From assembly GCA_947445225.1 (NCBI GenBank), contig CANFCX010000003.1, forward strand, positions 1 through 57,055: 57,055 nucleotides of DNA, in the 5' to 3' direction. How positions within the stretch are numbered: position 1 is the stretch's first letter; every line of letters starts with the position of its first letter. Shown here piece by piece: positions 1-10,103 of the stretch. This DNA comes from Rhodospirillales bacterium. GTDB taxonomy: Bacteria; Pseudomonadota; Alphaproteobacteria; CACIAM-22H2. The notes beneath the pieces were generated by a model that worked only from the letters and a program-made list of their open reading frames with translations, did not search any database and was not told where the DNA came from. The translations under genes and the position numbers were made by a program.

Positions 1-427
1 CGGGCTTGAGCGCGTAATAAGTCAGCTCGAAGCGGACCTGATCGTTGCCCTTGCCGGTGGCGCCATGAGCCACCGCGTCGGCCCCGACTTCTTGCGCGAT
101 CTCGATCTGGCGCTTGGCGATCAACGGCCGCGCGATCGAGGTGCCGAGAAGGTACACGCCTTCATACAAGGCATTGGCGCGAAACATAGGGAAGACGAAA
201 TCGCGGACGAATTCCTCGCGCAAATCCTCCACGAAGATTTGCTTCACGCCGAGCAGCTCGGCTTTCTTGCGCGCCGGCTCCAGCTCCTCGCCCTGGCCGA
301 TATCGGCGGTGAAGGTGACCACCTCGCAGCCATAGGTCTGTTGCAGCCAGCGCAGGATGACCGAGGTATCGAGCCCCCCGGAATACGCCAGCACCACTTT
401 CTTGACCGCTTTCTTATCGCCCGCCAT
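1..427 (-). CDS. argG: Argininosuccinate synthase, N-terminal part (runs off window edge)
   Basis: Minus-strand translation from ATG 427 gives [29 protein letters not shown]..., with the AYSGGLDTS motif and later [14 protein letters not shown]. Confidence 0.95.
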   Translation of the reverse strand, partial: MAGDKKAVKKVVLAYSGGLDTSVILRWLQQTYGCEVVTFTADIGQGEELEPARKKAELLGVKQIFVEDLREEFVRDFVFPMFRANALYEGVYLLGTSIARPLIAKRQIEIAQEVGADAVAHGATGKGNDQVRFELTYYALKP

Positions 428-510
428 GTGTCACTTCCCTCAATCCCTTGGCCGAAACGGCGCGGCAGTATAGGCGGGCCGAGGAGCCGCCGCGATGGGT
501 TATTGCCGCG

Positions 511-619
511 CCCCCACCCGCGGCTGCGCCGCGACCTCCCCCGGTGGGGGGAGGTGGGGAAGTCTCACCTCTCCCTCTGGGAGAGGTCGGCGCTTCCGAG
601 CGCCGGGTGAGGGGGGGGG
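511..619. repeat. Palindromic intergenic REP/CIR-like element (two inverted half-units with nested hairpins)
   Basis: CCCCCACCCG-CGGCTGCGCCGCG-ACCTCCCCC GGT GGGGGGAGGT ... ACCTCTCCC TCT GGGAGAGGT-CGGCGC TTCCGA GCGCCG-GGTGAGGGGG; resembles alphaproteobacterial intergenic repeats. Confidence 0.7.
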
Positions 620-639
620 ACAGCGCCCCGGCGCGGTCT

Positions 640-1803
640 TTACCCGGATACGGCCGCTTCGCTCGCCGCGTCGCGCAGCGTGCGCCGGGCGCGTTCGCTG
701 GCGCTTTTGAGCTGGCCGCAGGCGGCCATGATGTCCTCGCCGCGCGGGGTCCGCACCGGGGCCATGTAGCCGGCTTTCAGCACGATCTGGGCGAAGGCCT
801 CGATGCGTTCGGGCGGGGAACGGCCGAAGGGCGCCCCCGGCCACGGATTGAACGGGATGAGATTGACCTTCGCCGGGATGCCGGCGATCAGCCGCACCAG
901 AGCGCGCGCCTCGGCCGGGGAATCGTTCACGCCGTCGAGCATCACGTATTCGAACGTGATGCGGCGCCCGCCGCGTTCCAGCACCGGGTAGTCGCGGCAG
1001 GCGGCGATCAACTCGGCGATTGGGTATTTCCGGTTGATCGGCACGATGCGGTCGCGCAATTCGTCGGTGACCGCGTGCAGCGAAATCGCGAGATTAAGCC
1101 GCAGCTCCGTGCCCGCGCGCCGGATCATCGGCACTACCCCGGCCGTCGATAAGGTGATCCGCCGCCGCGAAAACGCCAGCCCCTCGGGGTCGAGCGCGAT
1201 TTTCATGGCGGCGGCGACGTTATCGTAATTGAACAGCGGCTCACCCATGCCCATCAGCACGATGTTGGTGATGGCGCGCCCCTCTTGTGGGGGGGGATTT
1301 TCGCCGAGCTGCTCGCGCGCGGTCATGATCTGGCCGAGGATTTCGCCGGAGGTCAGGTTCCGCACCAGTTTTTGCGTCCCGGTGTGGCAAAACGCGCAGG
1401 TCAACGTGCAGCCGACCTGGGACGAAACGCACAACGTGCCGCGCTCTTCCTCCGGGATATAAACACATTCGATGTCGCGGCCATCGTTTTGGCGCAGCAG
1501 CCATTTGCGCGTGCCGTCCGCCGATTCCTGGGCGGCGGCGATGGTCGGGCGGCCGACGAAGTAACCTTCCTCCAACCGGCTCCTGATGTCCTTGGAAAGC
1601 GTCGTCATCGTGGCGAACGATGTGGCGCCGCGCTGATACAGCCAATGCCAAAGCTGCTTTAGCCGATAGGGTTCGATTCCCAACGGGGCCAGCTCGGCGG
1701 CGAGTTCGGCCCGGCTCATCCCGAGCAAATCCCTGCGCCCGTCGGGCGCCGTCGCCGGCATCCGCGCCGCCGGTTCCTTGACCACAGCGGTTTCGACTTT
1801 CAT
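640..1803 (-). CDS. rlmN: Dual-specificity 23S rRNA/tRNA methyltransferase RlmN (radical SAM)
   Basis: [19 protein letters not shown] (CxxxCxxC), MGMGEP, ISLHA, FEYVML, AACGQL motifs. Confidence 0.96.
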   Translation of the reverse strand: MKVETAVVKEPAARMPATAPDGRRDLLGMSRAELAAELAPLGIEPYRLKQLWHWLYQRGATSFATMTTLSKDIRSRLEEGYFVGRPTIAAAQESADGTRKWLLRQNDGRDIECVYIPEEERGTLCVSSQVGCTLTCAFCHTGTQKLVRNLTSGEILGQIMTAREQLGENPPPQEGRAITNIVLMGMGEPLFNYDNVAAAMKIALDPEGLAFSRRRITLSTAGVVPMIRRAGTELRLNLAISLHAVTDELRDRIVPINRKYPIAELIAACRDYPVLERGGRRITFEYVMLDGVNDSPAEARALVRLIAGIPAKVNLIPFNPWPGAPFGRSPPERIEAFAQIVLKAGYMAPVRTPRGEDIMAACGQLKSASERARRTLRDAASEAAVSG

Positions 1804-1816
1804 GAGGCCGGGCGGT

Positions 1817-2341
1817 TCATTTGATGCCGCAGGCCTTGTCGATTTCCGCGCGCGCCTTGGTAAAGCCGCTGAGGGAAAACGTGTCGGTCGTGGGTGTGCC
1901 GCGCGCGGAGGTCGCCTTCACCACCATCGTTCGGCCCTTGGCGAGCGCGTCCACGAAAGCCTTGTCGGCGGCGGCGTCGGGGGTCCAGGCGGTATCCTTC
2001 TGCCCGGCTTCGAGCGTGAATTTCTTGTCGCCGATCTCGACCGCAACCGCGCTGTCGGGCTTGAGGTCGTAGCCGGCGATGAAACTCACCTCGTCGCGCG
2101 CCTTGGCGCCGGGGCGGTGGGTGACCATCAGGAAAACCTCGTCGCGGCGGGTGTAGTTGCCCTCCGATTTGGTCGGCTTGACGGCGGCGTAGCAGATTTT
2201 CCCGGCCTTCTCGGTCCCCGCCGCTGCGGTCCAGGTCTCGAACGCGCCGAGCACCTGCGCGTCGGCCGCGAGCGCGGGCAAAGCCGATCCGAGCAGCAGA
2301 CCCAGGCCGAGCGTGGGGGTGGTCTTGGCGATCCTTCGCAT
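1817..2341 (-). CDS. Invasion-associated locus B (IalB)-like periplasmic protein
   Basis: Signal peptide, C-terminal [11 protein letters not shown]...C; typical position upstream of rlmN in Alphaproteobacteria. Confidence 0.75.
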   Translation of the reverse strand: MRRIAKTTPTLGLGLLLGSALPALAADAQVLGAFETWTAAAGTEKAGKICYAAVKPTKSEGNYTRRDEVFLMVTHRPGAKARDEVSFIAGYDLKPDSAVAVEIGDKKFTLEAGQKDTAWTPDAAADKAFVDALAKGRTMVVKATSARGTPTTDTFSLSGFTKARAEIDKACGIK

Positions 2342-2368
2342 GGTCTATCCTCCTGCCACCGCAAGCGG

Positions 2369-2399
2369 TGATCCGGTCCGCGAGCGAAGCCGTATGACA
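2369..2399 (+). promoter_or_regulatory. Putative autoregulatory RpoE(ChrR-type) ECF promoter TGATCC-N16-CGTA
   Basis: TGATCC at 2369-2374 and CGTATGACA at 2391-2399, directly upstream of the ECF sigma gene. Confidence 0.7.
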
Positions 2400-2449
2400 T
2401 TGCAATGATCGGCGTCAATCATAACCAATCCCGTGGGGGAAGACCGACG

Positions 2450-3091
2450 ATGACCGCCGCCTTTGCCTGCGGTGCGGCCAGCGGCCTTGTCGGTCGCGCG
2501 CCCCATCGACAATATAGGCGCATGGAGCGGCGGCCGGGAGAGGTGGGCGAAGAATTGGCCGCGTTGATGGAAGCGGTGGCGCTTCGCCGCGACCGCGCCG
2601 CCTTCGCCGCCCTGTTCGATCGCCTGGCCCCGCGCGTGAAATCCTACCTGATGCGGTTGGGTCTGGACGCCGCCGTGGCCGAGGAATTGACCCAAGAGGT
2701 CATGCTGATTGTGTGGCGGCGGGCGGCGAGCTTCGACCCCCGGCTGGCCGGGGTCAGCACCTGGGTCTTTACCATCGCCCGCAACAAACGCATCGATGCC
2801 CTGCGCCGCGCCGCCCATCCCGAGATCGAACGCGACGACCCGGCGCTGGTGCCCGCGCCGGAAGCAGCACCCGACGAACGCACCGAGGCCGGTCAATGGG
2901 AACGGCGCCTGGCGGCGGCCATCGCGGAATTGCCTCGGGAACAAGCGAGTCTCCTGCGGCAGTCGTTCTTCGACGATCGCTCGCACAGCGAGATCGCCCG
3001 CTCGTCGGGCCTGCCCCTCGGCACGGTCAAATCGCGACTGCGGCTTGCCATGGCCCGCCTGCGCCAGGCTTTCAAGGATGGACCACGATGA
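2450..3091 (+). CDS. ECF RNA polymerase sigma factor (RpoE/ChrR type); start uncertain (2450 or 2522)
   Basis: AEELTQEVML, STWVFTIARNKRID, SHSEIA...PLGTVKSRLRLA; ATGA overlap with the downstream anti-sigma gene. Confidence 0.92.
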   Translation: MTAAFACGAASGLVGRAPHRQYRRMERRPGEVGEELAALMEAVALRRDRAAFAALFDRLAPRVKSYLMRLGLDAAVAEELTQEVMLIVWRRAASFDPRLAGVSTWVFTIARNKRIDALRRAAHPEIERDDPALVPAPEAAPDERTEAGQWERRLAAAIAELPREQASLLRQSFFDDRSHSEIARSSGLPLGTVKSRLRLAMARLRQAFKDGPR

Positions 3092-3753
3092 CCCGGATTT
3101 CCTTGCCCACGCATCACCCCGCCGAAGAACATCTGCTCGACTACGCCGCCGGCGCGATCGATCCCGCCGCGGCCCTGGCCACCGCGACACATCTTACTTT
3201 CTGCCCGGCCTGCCGGGATCGGGTCGCGGAGCTGGAGGCGATCGGCGGAGCCTTGTTCGACGAATTGCCGCCCGCGCCGGTTTCGGCCGGGGCCCGCGCC
3301 GCGCTGTTCGATCATCTGGATGACGGCATCGACCCACAACCGGAGGCGCGGCCACCATTGCCAAATGGCGGTCCCCTGCTGCCGCGTCCCCTGGCCGCTT
3401 TAGTCGGCGGCGGATTGGAGAGTCTGCCCTGGCGGCGGTTGGCGTGGAACGTGGAAGAAGCGGCACTTCCGGTCGCCGCGGCCGCGATGCGGGCACGGCT
3501 GATGCGGATCAAGCCGGGTGCCGCGATCCCGCGACACCGCCATGGCGGCAGCGAAATGGTGGCGGTGCTGGCCGGCGGTTTTGTTGATGCCTTCGGTGAA
3601 CATCGGCGCGGCGATCTGGCCGTGCATGAACAAGATTCGGACCACCAGCCGGTCGCCCAAGCCGGCGAGGATTGCCTGTGCCTGGTCGTCGATGAGGCGC
3701 CTGTCCGCCTGACCGGGTTCTTCGCCCGCTGGCTTAATCCGTTCCTGAGATAA
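3088..3753 (+). CDS. chrR: ChrR family anti-sigma factor (ZAS domain + cupin)
   Basis: HHP...HLTFCPAC zinc motif; cupin HRHGGSE...HQP...CLC. Confidence 0.9.
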   Translation: MTRISLPTHHPAEEHLLDYAAGAIDPAAALATATHLTFCPACRDRVAELEAIGGALFDELPPAPVSAGARAALFDHLDDGIDPQPEARPPLPNGGPLLPRPLAALVGGGLESLPWRRLAWNVEEAALPVAAAAMRARLMRIKPGAAIPRHRHGGSEMVAVLAGGFVDAFGEHRRGDLAVHEQDSDHQPVAQAGEDCLCLVVDEAPVRLTGFFARWLNPFLR

Positions 3754-3762
3754 TTTCGGGGA

Positions 3763-4314
3763 TCACGTCTCCCCGCCGGCCTTGGCCCGCGGTCGCTTGC
3801 GGATCGGCGCCCCATAAACATGGGCGGGCAGGGCTTCGCTGGGTCCGCCGGGCATGACCGGGCGGGCGGGGAAGCGGCCCAGGCTGATCAGCCGGTCATA
3901 CATGACGATGGCGCCGGCCAGCGCCAGGTTGAGCGAAAACCGCGTCGGAATGCGGACGACGTGATCGCAGAGCGCGGTCAGCGCCGGCGACAGGCTGGCG
4001 CGCTCCCCGCCCACGACATAAGCGGCGCAGCGCGGATGGCGAAAGCGCGGCAGTTCGACCGCGTCATCGGTGATTTCGATGCCGACCAGCGTGCAGCCCT
4101 TGGGCAAGGCCAGCGATCCGGCATCGGCGAAGCTGTAATAGGGCAGGCTCGCGGGTGTATCGGCGGTGTCCGACAGGCGGATTTCGTCGCGCGCCACCTG
4201 CGAATCGACGGTGAACACGAAGCTGGCGCCGAAGGCGTGAGCTGACCTGAACAGGCTGCCCAGGTTCATGCCCTTGGTCGTGCCCTCCGCCCCGATCCCG
4301 AAATAACCCTTCAT
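3763..4314 (-). CDS. TrmH/SpoU family RNA methyltransferase
   Basis: NLGSLFRSAHAFGA, GGER, SLNLALAGAIVMYDR SPOUT motifs. Confidence 0.88.
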   Translation of the reverse strand: MKGYFGIGAEGTTKGMNLGSLFRSAHAFGASFVFTVDSQVARDEIRLSDTADTPASLPYYSFADAGSLALPKGCTLVGIEITDDAVELPRFRHPRCAAYVVGGERASLSPALTALCDHVVRIPTRFSLNLALAGAIVMYDRLISLGRFPARPVMPGGPSEALPAHVYGAPIRKRPRAKAGGET

Positions 4315-4358
4315 GGCGCGACCTTGCCCAGGATCGGCGGGCGAGGCAAGGTGCCGCG

Positions 4359-5378
4359 ATGATCCAACCGGCCGAGGCCGACCCAATCCTGGTCGAAGTC
4401 ACCCGCGGCGCCCTGGTCGAAAGCCGGCATCGCGGCGCCGTGGCGGTCTGCGATGCGGACGGCGCGCTGGTCCAATCCTGGGGTGACGTCGAACGCCCGG
4501 TCTACCCGCGTTCGGCGGTCAAGCCGTTGCAGGCGCTGCCCCTGATCGAAACCGGCGCCGCCGACCGCTTCGGCCTCACCGATGCCGAAATCGCGCTGGC
4601 CTGCGCCTCCCATTCCGGCGAACCCGAACATGAAGGTGCCGTGAATGCCTGGTTGCGATCCATCGGGCTGTCGGGTGGCGATCTGGAATGCGGCGAACAT
4701 TGGCCGATGCATGAGGACGCGGCGCGGGCCTTGGTTCGCGAAGGCCGGTCTCCCTCGGCCGTGCACAATAATTGCTCGGGCAAACACAGCGGCTTTCTCA
4801 CCGCCTGCCGCCATCTCGGCGAGCCGACCAAGGGTTATGTCGCGGCCGATCACCCGGCGCAGCGCCGCGTGCGCCAGGCCCTGTCCGACATGTGCGCGAT
4901 CGATCTGTCGGGGGCGCCCGCCGGCATCGATGGCTGCGGCATCCCCACCATCGCCATGCCGCTGTCGGCGCTGGCGCGTGGCATGGCGCGGCTGGCCGCG
5001 GGCACCGGGCTCGGATCCAGCCGGCAGGCCGCCTGCGCCCGCATCCGGCGGGCGATGACCACCCATCCGCTGCTGGTCGCCGGCCATGGCCGATTCTGCA
5101 CCGAAATCATGGCGGCGAATTCGGGCCGGGTTGTGGTCAAGGGCGGGGCGGAGGGCGTCTACCTCGCCGCCCTGCCGGAGCGCCGCCTGGGCATCGCGCT
5201 CAAGATCGCCGACGGCGCCAGCCGCGCCGCCGAAACCGCGATGGCCGCACTTCTGCGCCGCTTCGGCGGCTTCGACGGCGCCGACGCGGACATCGTCGGA
5301 AGCTGGCTGGAGCCGCCGATCCGCAATCGTGCCGGGATCGAGGTCGGCGTCGTGCGGGAAGTGGCCTGGCGCGCATGA
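4359..5378 (+). CDS. L-asparaginase II (rhizobial AnsA-type) family
   Basis: VESRHRG, RSAVKP, CASHSGE, NNCSGKH, DGCG, KGGAEGV motifs. Confidence 0.88.
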   Translation: MIQPAEADPILVEVTRGALVESRHRGAVAVCDADGALVQSWGDVERPVYPRSAVKPLQALPLIETGAADRFGLTDAEIALACASHSGEPEHEGAVNAWLRSIGLSGGDLECGEHWPMHEDAARALVREGRSPSAVHNNCSGKHSGFLTACRHLGEPTKGYVAADHPAQRRVRQALSDMCAIDLSGAPAGIDGCGIPTIAMPLSALARGMARLAAGTGLGSSRQAACARIRRAMTTHPLLVAGHGRFCTEIMAANSGRVVVKGGAEGVYLAALPERRLGIALKIADGASRAAETAMAALLRRFGGFDGADADIVGSWLEPPIRNRAGIEVGVVREVAWRA

Positions 5379-6634
5379 AAGACGCGGTGGCCGAACAATA
5401 CGAAGCCTATCCCTATCCGCCGCGCGATCCGCGCGACGAGAAAAAAAGGCTGATCGCGGGTTCGCCCAGCCATGTCGCCGAAATCAACCACTACGTCTTC
5501 GGCGGCCGGCTCGATTTCACCCGGCCTTTCCGCGCCTTGATCGCCGGCGGCGGCACCGGCGACGGCGCCATCATGCTCGCCCAGCAACTGACCGACGCGG
5601 CGTGCCCGGCCGAGATCGTCTATCTCGACCGCTCCGCCGCCGCGCGCCGCATCGCCGAGGCCCGCGCCCAGGCGCGCGGCCTGGGCAATCTGCGCTTTGT
5701 CACGGGTTCGCTGCTCGATGTCCAATCGCTTGGGCTCGGCGTCTTCGATTACATCGATTGCTGCGGCGTGCTGCATCATCTCGACGAACCGCGCGACGGG
5801 CTGAAAGCGTTGGTCGGGGTGTTGTCCTCGCGCGGCGGCATGGGGCTCATGGTTTATGGCGGGCTCGGCCGCACCGGCGTTTATCCCGTGCAGACGATGC
5901 TGCGGGCGTTGAGCGCGAGCGCCGACACGCTGGCCGACCGCGTCGCCTCGGCGCGGCGGCTGCTGGCGCAACTGCCGCCCACCAACTGGCTGCGCCGCAA
6001 TTCCGGGGTCGCCGACCATGTGACGCAGAGCGACGCCGGCGTCGTCGATCTGCTGCTCCACGCCCGCGACCGCGCTTATGACGTTCCCGAACTGGCCGTG
6101 CTGGTCGAAGAGTCGGGGCTGCGGATCGCCGGCTTTATCGAGCCGGCGCTCTACGATCCCCTCACCTATGTCAACGACCCGGTGTTGAGGCCGCGCCTGG
6201 AATCGCTGAATTTGCTGGAGCGCGCCGCCTTCGCCGAACTTCTGGCCGGAAACCTGAAGACCCATGTTGTCTATGTCGTCGCCGTCGCCAACCCGGTGGC
6301 GCCGCCGCCGCCGGATGCGCCGTCCACCGTGCCGGTGCCGCGCGAGGGTGATTTCGCCGGCTGGGCGCGGGATTTCCAGCCCGGCGGCGCGCTGACCACG
6401 CGTATCGGCGACTTGACGCTGCGGTTTCCCCTGCCGCGCCTGGCCGCCGCCATCGCCGCGCGGATCGATGGGCGGCGGACGTTGCGGGACATTTTCGTGG
6501 ACTTGCCCGAAGCCCAGGCCGGCAGGCTCGATTGGGCCGGGTTCGCCGGGCAATTCGTCCAGCTCCACGCCGTGCTCAACGGTCTCAACAAATTGCTGCT
6601 GGCCGCGGGGCCGGAGGCGCCGGCGGACGGGTAA
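5375..6634 (+). CDS. Class I SAM-dependent methyltransferase
   Basis: QYEAYPYP, LIAGGGTGD, FDYIDCCGVLHHL; ATGA overlap with the asparaginase gene. Confidence 0.85.
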   Translation: MKDAVAEQYEAYPYPPRDPRDEKKRLIAGSPSHVAEINHYVFGGRLDFTRPFRALIAGGGTGDGAIMLAQQLTDAACPAEIVYLDRSAAARRIAEARAQARGLGNLRFVTGSLLDVQSLGLGVFDYIDCCGVLHHLDEPRDGLKALVGVLSSRGGMGLMVYGGLGRTGVYPVQTMLRALSASADTLADRVASARRLLAQLPPTNWLRRNSGVADHVTQSDAGVVDLLLHARDRAYDVPELAVLVEESGLRIAGFIEPALYDPLTYVNDPVLRPRLESLNLLERAAFAELLAGNLKTHVVYVVAVANPVAPPPPDAPSTVPVPREGDFAGWARDFQPGGALTTRIGDLTLRFPLPRLAAAIAARIDGRRTLRDIFVDLPEAQAGRLDWAGFAGQFVQLHAVLNGLNKLLLAAGPEAPADG

Positions 6635-6749
6635 ACACCGGGTTGCGCCCGGTGCCGTCGCCGTCGCCGCCCTCTGGACAGCGCCGTACATCCCGCTATG
6701 GTGGCGCGTTCCGAAAGACGGGACAAAATGGACGGCCGGGAGGGGTGAC

Positions 6750-7676
6750 ATGGCGACGATACGGGTGGCGACGTTCAACGCCGAGAATCTCTATGCGCGT
6801 TACAAATTCGACGGCAAGGGCGGCAAGGGCAAGGACGGCGCCGGTTTCGAGGATTTGAACGAAAAGGAAAGGCGCCTGACCGGCCTGACCATCAAGGCGG
6901 CCGATGCCGACATCATCGCCCTGCAAGAGGTCGAGAGCCTGGCTTCGCTGAAGAAATTCTTCACCGCCTATGTCAAGGACAAGACCTATACCCATTTCGC
7001 CATGGCCGAGATCAACGATTCCAAACAACAGGAAATCGCCGTCGTCAGCCGTTATCCGATAACCCACACGCGGTCGCATCAGCACGAAAAGGACGGCAAG
7101 AACCCGGTCTTCACCCGCGATTGCCTGGAAGTGGACATCGAAATCGGCAAACAGCGCAATGTCACGCTGTTTGTCGTGCATTTCAAATCTCCGACCGACA
7201 AGGCAGACCCCTGTAACGGCCGCAAGAACACCCGCGCCCTGCGTATGCGCGAAGCGGCGAAGGTCAAGCAGATCGTCCAGGCCCGCTTCGGCGAGAAGCC
7301 GGGGAAGACACCCTTCATCGTCCTCGGCGACCTCAACGATTATCCCGAATCCGACGATCAGGGCGCGCCCGGTATCGAGGATTTGATCAAATGGGATGCG
7401 GTCGTCAACGTCGTGGAGCGTATGTCCCACGCCGATCGCTGGACCCATTACGAAGCGGCCAACGCCGCCTGCGAACACCCGGACGCCTTCCGCCAGCTCG
7501 ACTACATCCTGTTGTCGAAGTCGCTGGCCGATGACAGCCCGTGGCCGCCGAAGATGGTCCGCAAGGGCATGACCACGCGAGCCTGGCTGGTGATGGAGGA
7601 ACGCTTCAAGGAGGTCGGCGCCGACCGCGCCAGCGCCTCCAGCCACTCCCCGCTGACGATGGACGTGTCGATTTAG
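6750..7676 (+). CDS. Endonuclease/exonuclease/phosphatase (EEP) family protein
   Basis: TFNAEN, LQEVE, HFKS, GDLND, LDYIL; terminal motif reads SSH instead of SDH; GGAGG SD upstream. Confidence 0.85.
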   Translation: MATIRVATFNAENLYARYKFDGKGGKGKDGAGFEDLNEKERRLTGLTIKAADADIIALQEVESLASLKKFFTAYVKDKTYTHFAMAEINDSKQQEIAVVSRYPITHTRSHQHEKDGKNPVFTRDCLEVDIEIGKQRNVTLFVVHFKSPTDKADPCNGRKNTRALRMREAAKVKQIVQARFGEKPGKTPFIVLGDLNDYPESDDQGAPGIEDLIKWDAVVNVVERMSHADRWTHYEAANAACEHPDAFRQLDYILLSKSLADDSPWPPKMVRKGMTTRAWLVMEERFKEVGADRASASSHSPLTMDVSI

Positions 7677-7678
7677 TC

Positions 7679-7699
7679 GTGGGGGCCGGCGGCCCCCAC
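7679..7699. terminator. GC-rich hairpin between convergent genes
   Basis: GTGGGGGCC GGC GGCCCCCAC perfect 9-bp stem. Confidence 0.5.
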
Positions 7700-7709
7700 A
7701 CCCCGAAAA

Positions 7710-9677
7710 TTAGCTGCGCAATTCCGTCCGGTCTCTGAACAAATCGAGCGCGTCGGGGTTGGCGAGCGCCTCCTTGTTTTTCACCGGGCGGCCGTGGACG
7801 ACCTCGCGCACCGCCAGTTCCACGATCTTTCCGCTCTTGGTGCGGGGAATGTCGGTGACCTGAAGGATCTTGCCGGGCACGTGGCGGGGCGTGGTGTTCT
7901 TTCGGATGTGGTCCTTGATCTTCTTTTCCAGCGCGGCGTCGAGTTTCAAACCCTCGCGCAGCCGCACGAACAACACGACGCGGACATCGGCGTCCCAATC
8001 CTGGCCGATGACGATGCTTTCCACGACTTCGTCGAGCTGCTCGACCTGGCGATAGATTTCCGCCGTGCCGATACGCACGCCGCCGGGGTTGAGCACGGCG
8101 TCGGAGCGGCCATAGATGACCAGCCCGTCATGGGTCGTGATCTCGGTCCAGTCGCCGTGGCACCACACGCCGGGGAACTTCTCGAAATAGGCGGCGCGGT
8201 ATTTCTTGTCGCCGGGATCGTTCCAGAACATCACCGGCATCGACGGGAAGGGCTTGGCGCAGACCAATTCGCCTTTTTCCCCGCGCGTGGATTTGCCGCT
8301 TTCGCCGAACACGTCCACCGCCATGCCCAGCCCGCGGCACTGGATTTCGCCGCGCCACACCGGGGCCAGCGGATTGCCCAGCACGAAACACGAAATGATG
8401 TCGGTGCCGCCCGAGATCGAGGCCAGATGCACGTCCTTCTTGATCTTGTTGTAGACGAAATCGAACCCCTCGGGCACCAGCGGCGAGCCGGTCGAGGTGA
8501 TGACGCGCAGATCGCGCAGCTTGTGGGTTTTCATCGGGTCCAGCCCGGCCTTGGCCGCGGCGTCGATGAATTTGGCCGAGGTGCCGAGCAGGGTCATGGC
8601 CTCGGCGTCGGCGATGTCGAAGACGGTATTGCCGCTGGGATAAAAGGGCGAGCCGTCATACAGGATCAGCGTGGCTTCGCACGCCAGCGCGCCGATCAGC
8701 CAGTTCCACATCATCCAGCCGCAGGTCGTGAAATAAAACACGCGGTCGCCGCGTTTGATGTCGCAATGGAGCAGATGCTCCTTCAAATGCTGGATGAGCG
8801 TGCCGCCGGCGCCGTGGACGATACATTTGGGCACCCCGGTCGTGCCCGACGAATACATGATGTAGATCGGGTGGTTGAAGGGCAGGCGCGCGAACGCGAT
8901 GTCGCCCGCCCGATAGGGCGCGATGAATTCGTCGAAACGCACGGCGTTGGGTACGGTCGCCAGCGACCGCGGGCTGCCGGCATAAGGCAGGATGATGGTC
9001 CGCGTCACGCTCGGCAGTTTCGCCAGCACCGCTTCTAGCTTTTCCAGGCAGTCGAAGGTCTTGCCGCCGTAATAATAACCGTCGGCGCAGAACATCACCT
9101 TGGGCTCGATCTGGCCGAAGCGGTCGAGCACGCCCTGCACGCCGAAATCCGGCGAGCAGGACGACCAGATCGCCCCCAGGCTGGTCGCGGCCAGCATGGC
9201 GATGGCCGCCTCGGGCAGATTGGGCAGATAACCGGCCACGCAGTCGCCGGGCTTGATGCCGGCGGCGGCCAGAGCCTGGGCCAGCCGCGAAACCTGGTCG
9301 TGAAGATCGCGGAAGCCGACGACCCGCCGCACCTTGTCCTCGCCCCGGAAGATCATGGCCGGGGCGTCGTCGCGGCGGCGGAGAAGGTTTTCGGCATAGT
9401 TCAGCTTGGCCTCGGGGAAGAACCGCGCACCCGGCATCTTGCCGGCATCCTTGACCTCCGCCGTGCCGCGGGACTCCGCGACGATGCCGCCGAAATCCCA
9501 CATCGAGGTCCAGAATTGTTCGGGTTTGTCGATCGACCAGCGCCAGAGCTGCGCGTAATCGGCGGCCTTGACCTGCCAATGCCGCTCGACGGCGGCGATG
9601 AAGGTAGTGAGATTGGCTTCCGCGATGCGTTTTGGCGACGGGCGCCACATCGGCATGTCGGATGTCGCTTCGGTCAT
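7710..9677 (-). CDS. Acetoacetate--CoA ligase
   Basis: [58 protein letters not shown]. Confidence 0.93.
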   Translation of the reverse strand: MTEATSDMPMWRPSPKRIAEANLTTFIAAVERHWQVKAADYAQLWRWSIDKPEQFWTSMWDFGGIVAESRGTAEVKDAGKMPGARFFPEAKLNYAENLLRRRDDAPAMIFRGEDKVRRVVGFRDLHDQVSRLAQALAAAGIKPGDCVAGYLPNLPEAAIAMLAATSLGAIWSSCSPDFGVQGVLDRFGQIEPKVMFCADGYYYGGKTFDCLEKLEAVLAKLPSVTRTIILPYAGSPRSLATVPNAVRFDEFIAPYRAGDIAFARLPFNHPIYIMYSSGTTGVPKCIVHGAGGTLIQHLKEHLLHCDIKRGDRVFYFTTCGWMMWNWLIGALACEATLILYDGSPFYPSGNTVFDIADAEAMTLLGTSAKFIDAAAKAGLDPMKTHKLRDLRVITSTGSPLVPEGFDFVYNKIKKDVHLASISGGTDIISCFVLGNPLAPVWRGEIQCRGLGMAVDVFGESGKSTRGEKGELVCAKPFPSMPVMFWNDPGDKKYRAAYFEKFPGVWCHGDWTEITTHDGLVIYGRSDAVLNPGGVRIGTAEIYRQVEQLDEVVESIVIGQDWDADVRVVLFVRLREGLKLDAALEKKIKDHIRKNTTPRHVPGKILQVTDIPRTKSGKIVELAVREVVHGRPVKNKEALANPDALDLFRDRTELRS

Positions 9678-9709
9678 GGCGTTTCCTTCCCTTGTGGGCG
9701 GGTTCTTGT

Positions 9710-10000
9710 TCATGGCAACGCGGCGAGGCGGAAAGGCCGGATTTCAACCTCCCGCCAGACATCGCCGACGGTATAGGGATCGGCCTTCAACCACGAATCC
9801 AGGGCGTCGCGCGAGGGAAAATCGAGCAAACAGGCCGAACCGATCATGCCGCCCGATTCGCCGAGGATCGCGCCCCCGGCGATGAAATTGCCCGCCTCCT
9901 TGAGCCGGGCGATGCCGTCAAGATGCGCCATTCGCGCGGCCCTGCGGCGTTCGGCCGCGCCGGCATCGGTGCCATCGTGGGCGATCAGAAGAAATTGCAT
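9710..10000 (-). CDS. YciI family protein
   Basis: R..R..HL, GGAIL, GS, DPY motifs; 96 aa. Confidence 0.85.
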   Translation of the reverse strand: MQFLLIAHDGTDAGAAERRRAARMAHLDGIARLKEAGNFIAGGAILGESGGMIGSACLLDFPSRDALDSWLKADPYTVGDVWREVEIRPFRLAALP

Positions 10001-10103
10001 CGGCGCCAGTATGGCTAAGGCCGAATCCCCTGCATAGGACGGACATCACACCTTCACCCAACAACCGATTCCCTTTGGGATTGGCCCATGCGAGTCTGCG
10101 GCG

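Noticed and set aside
65-610. Plus-strand 181-aa ORF and similar long ORFs antisense to real genes (e.g. 7794-9038, 12358-14397, 34558-36024, 49314-51278)
   Set aside because: Shadow ORFs typical of high-GC DNA; the opposite strand carries clearly recognisable proteins
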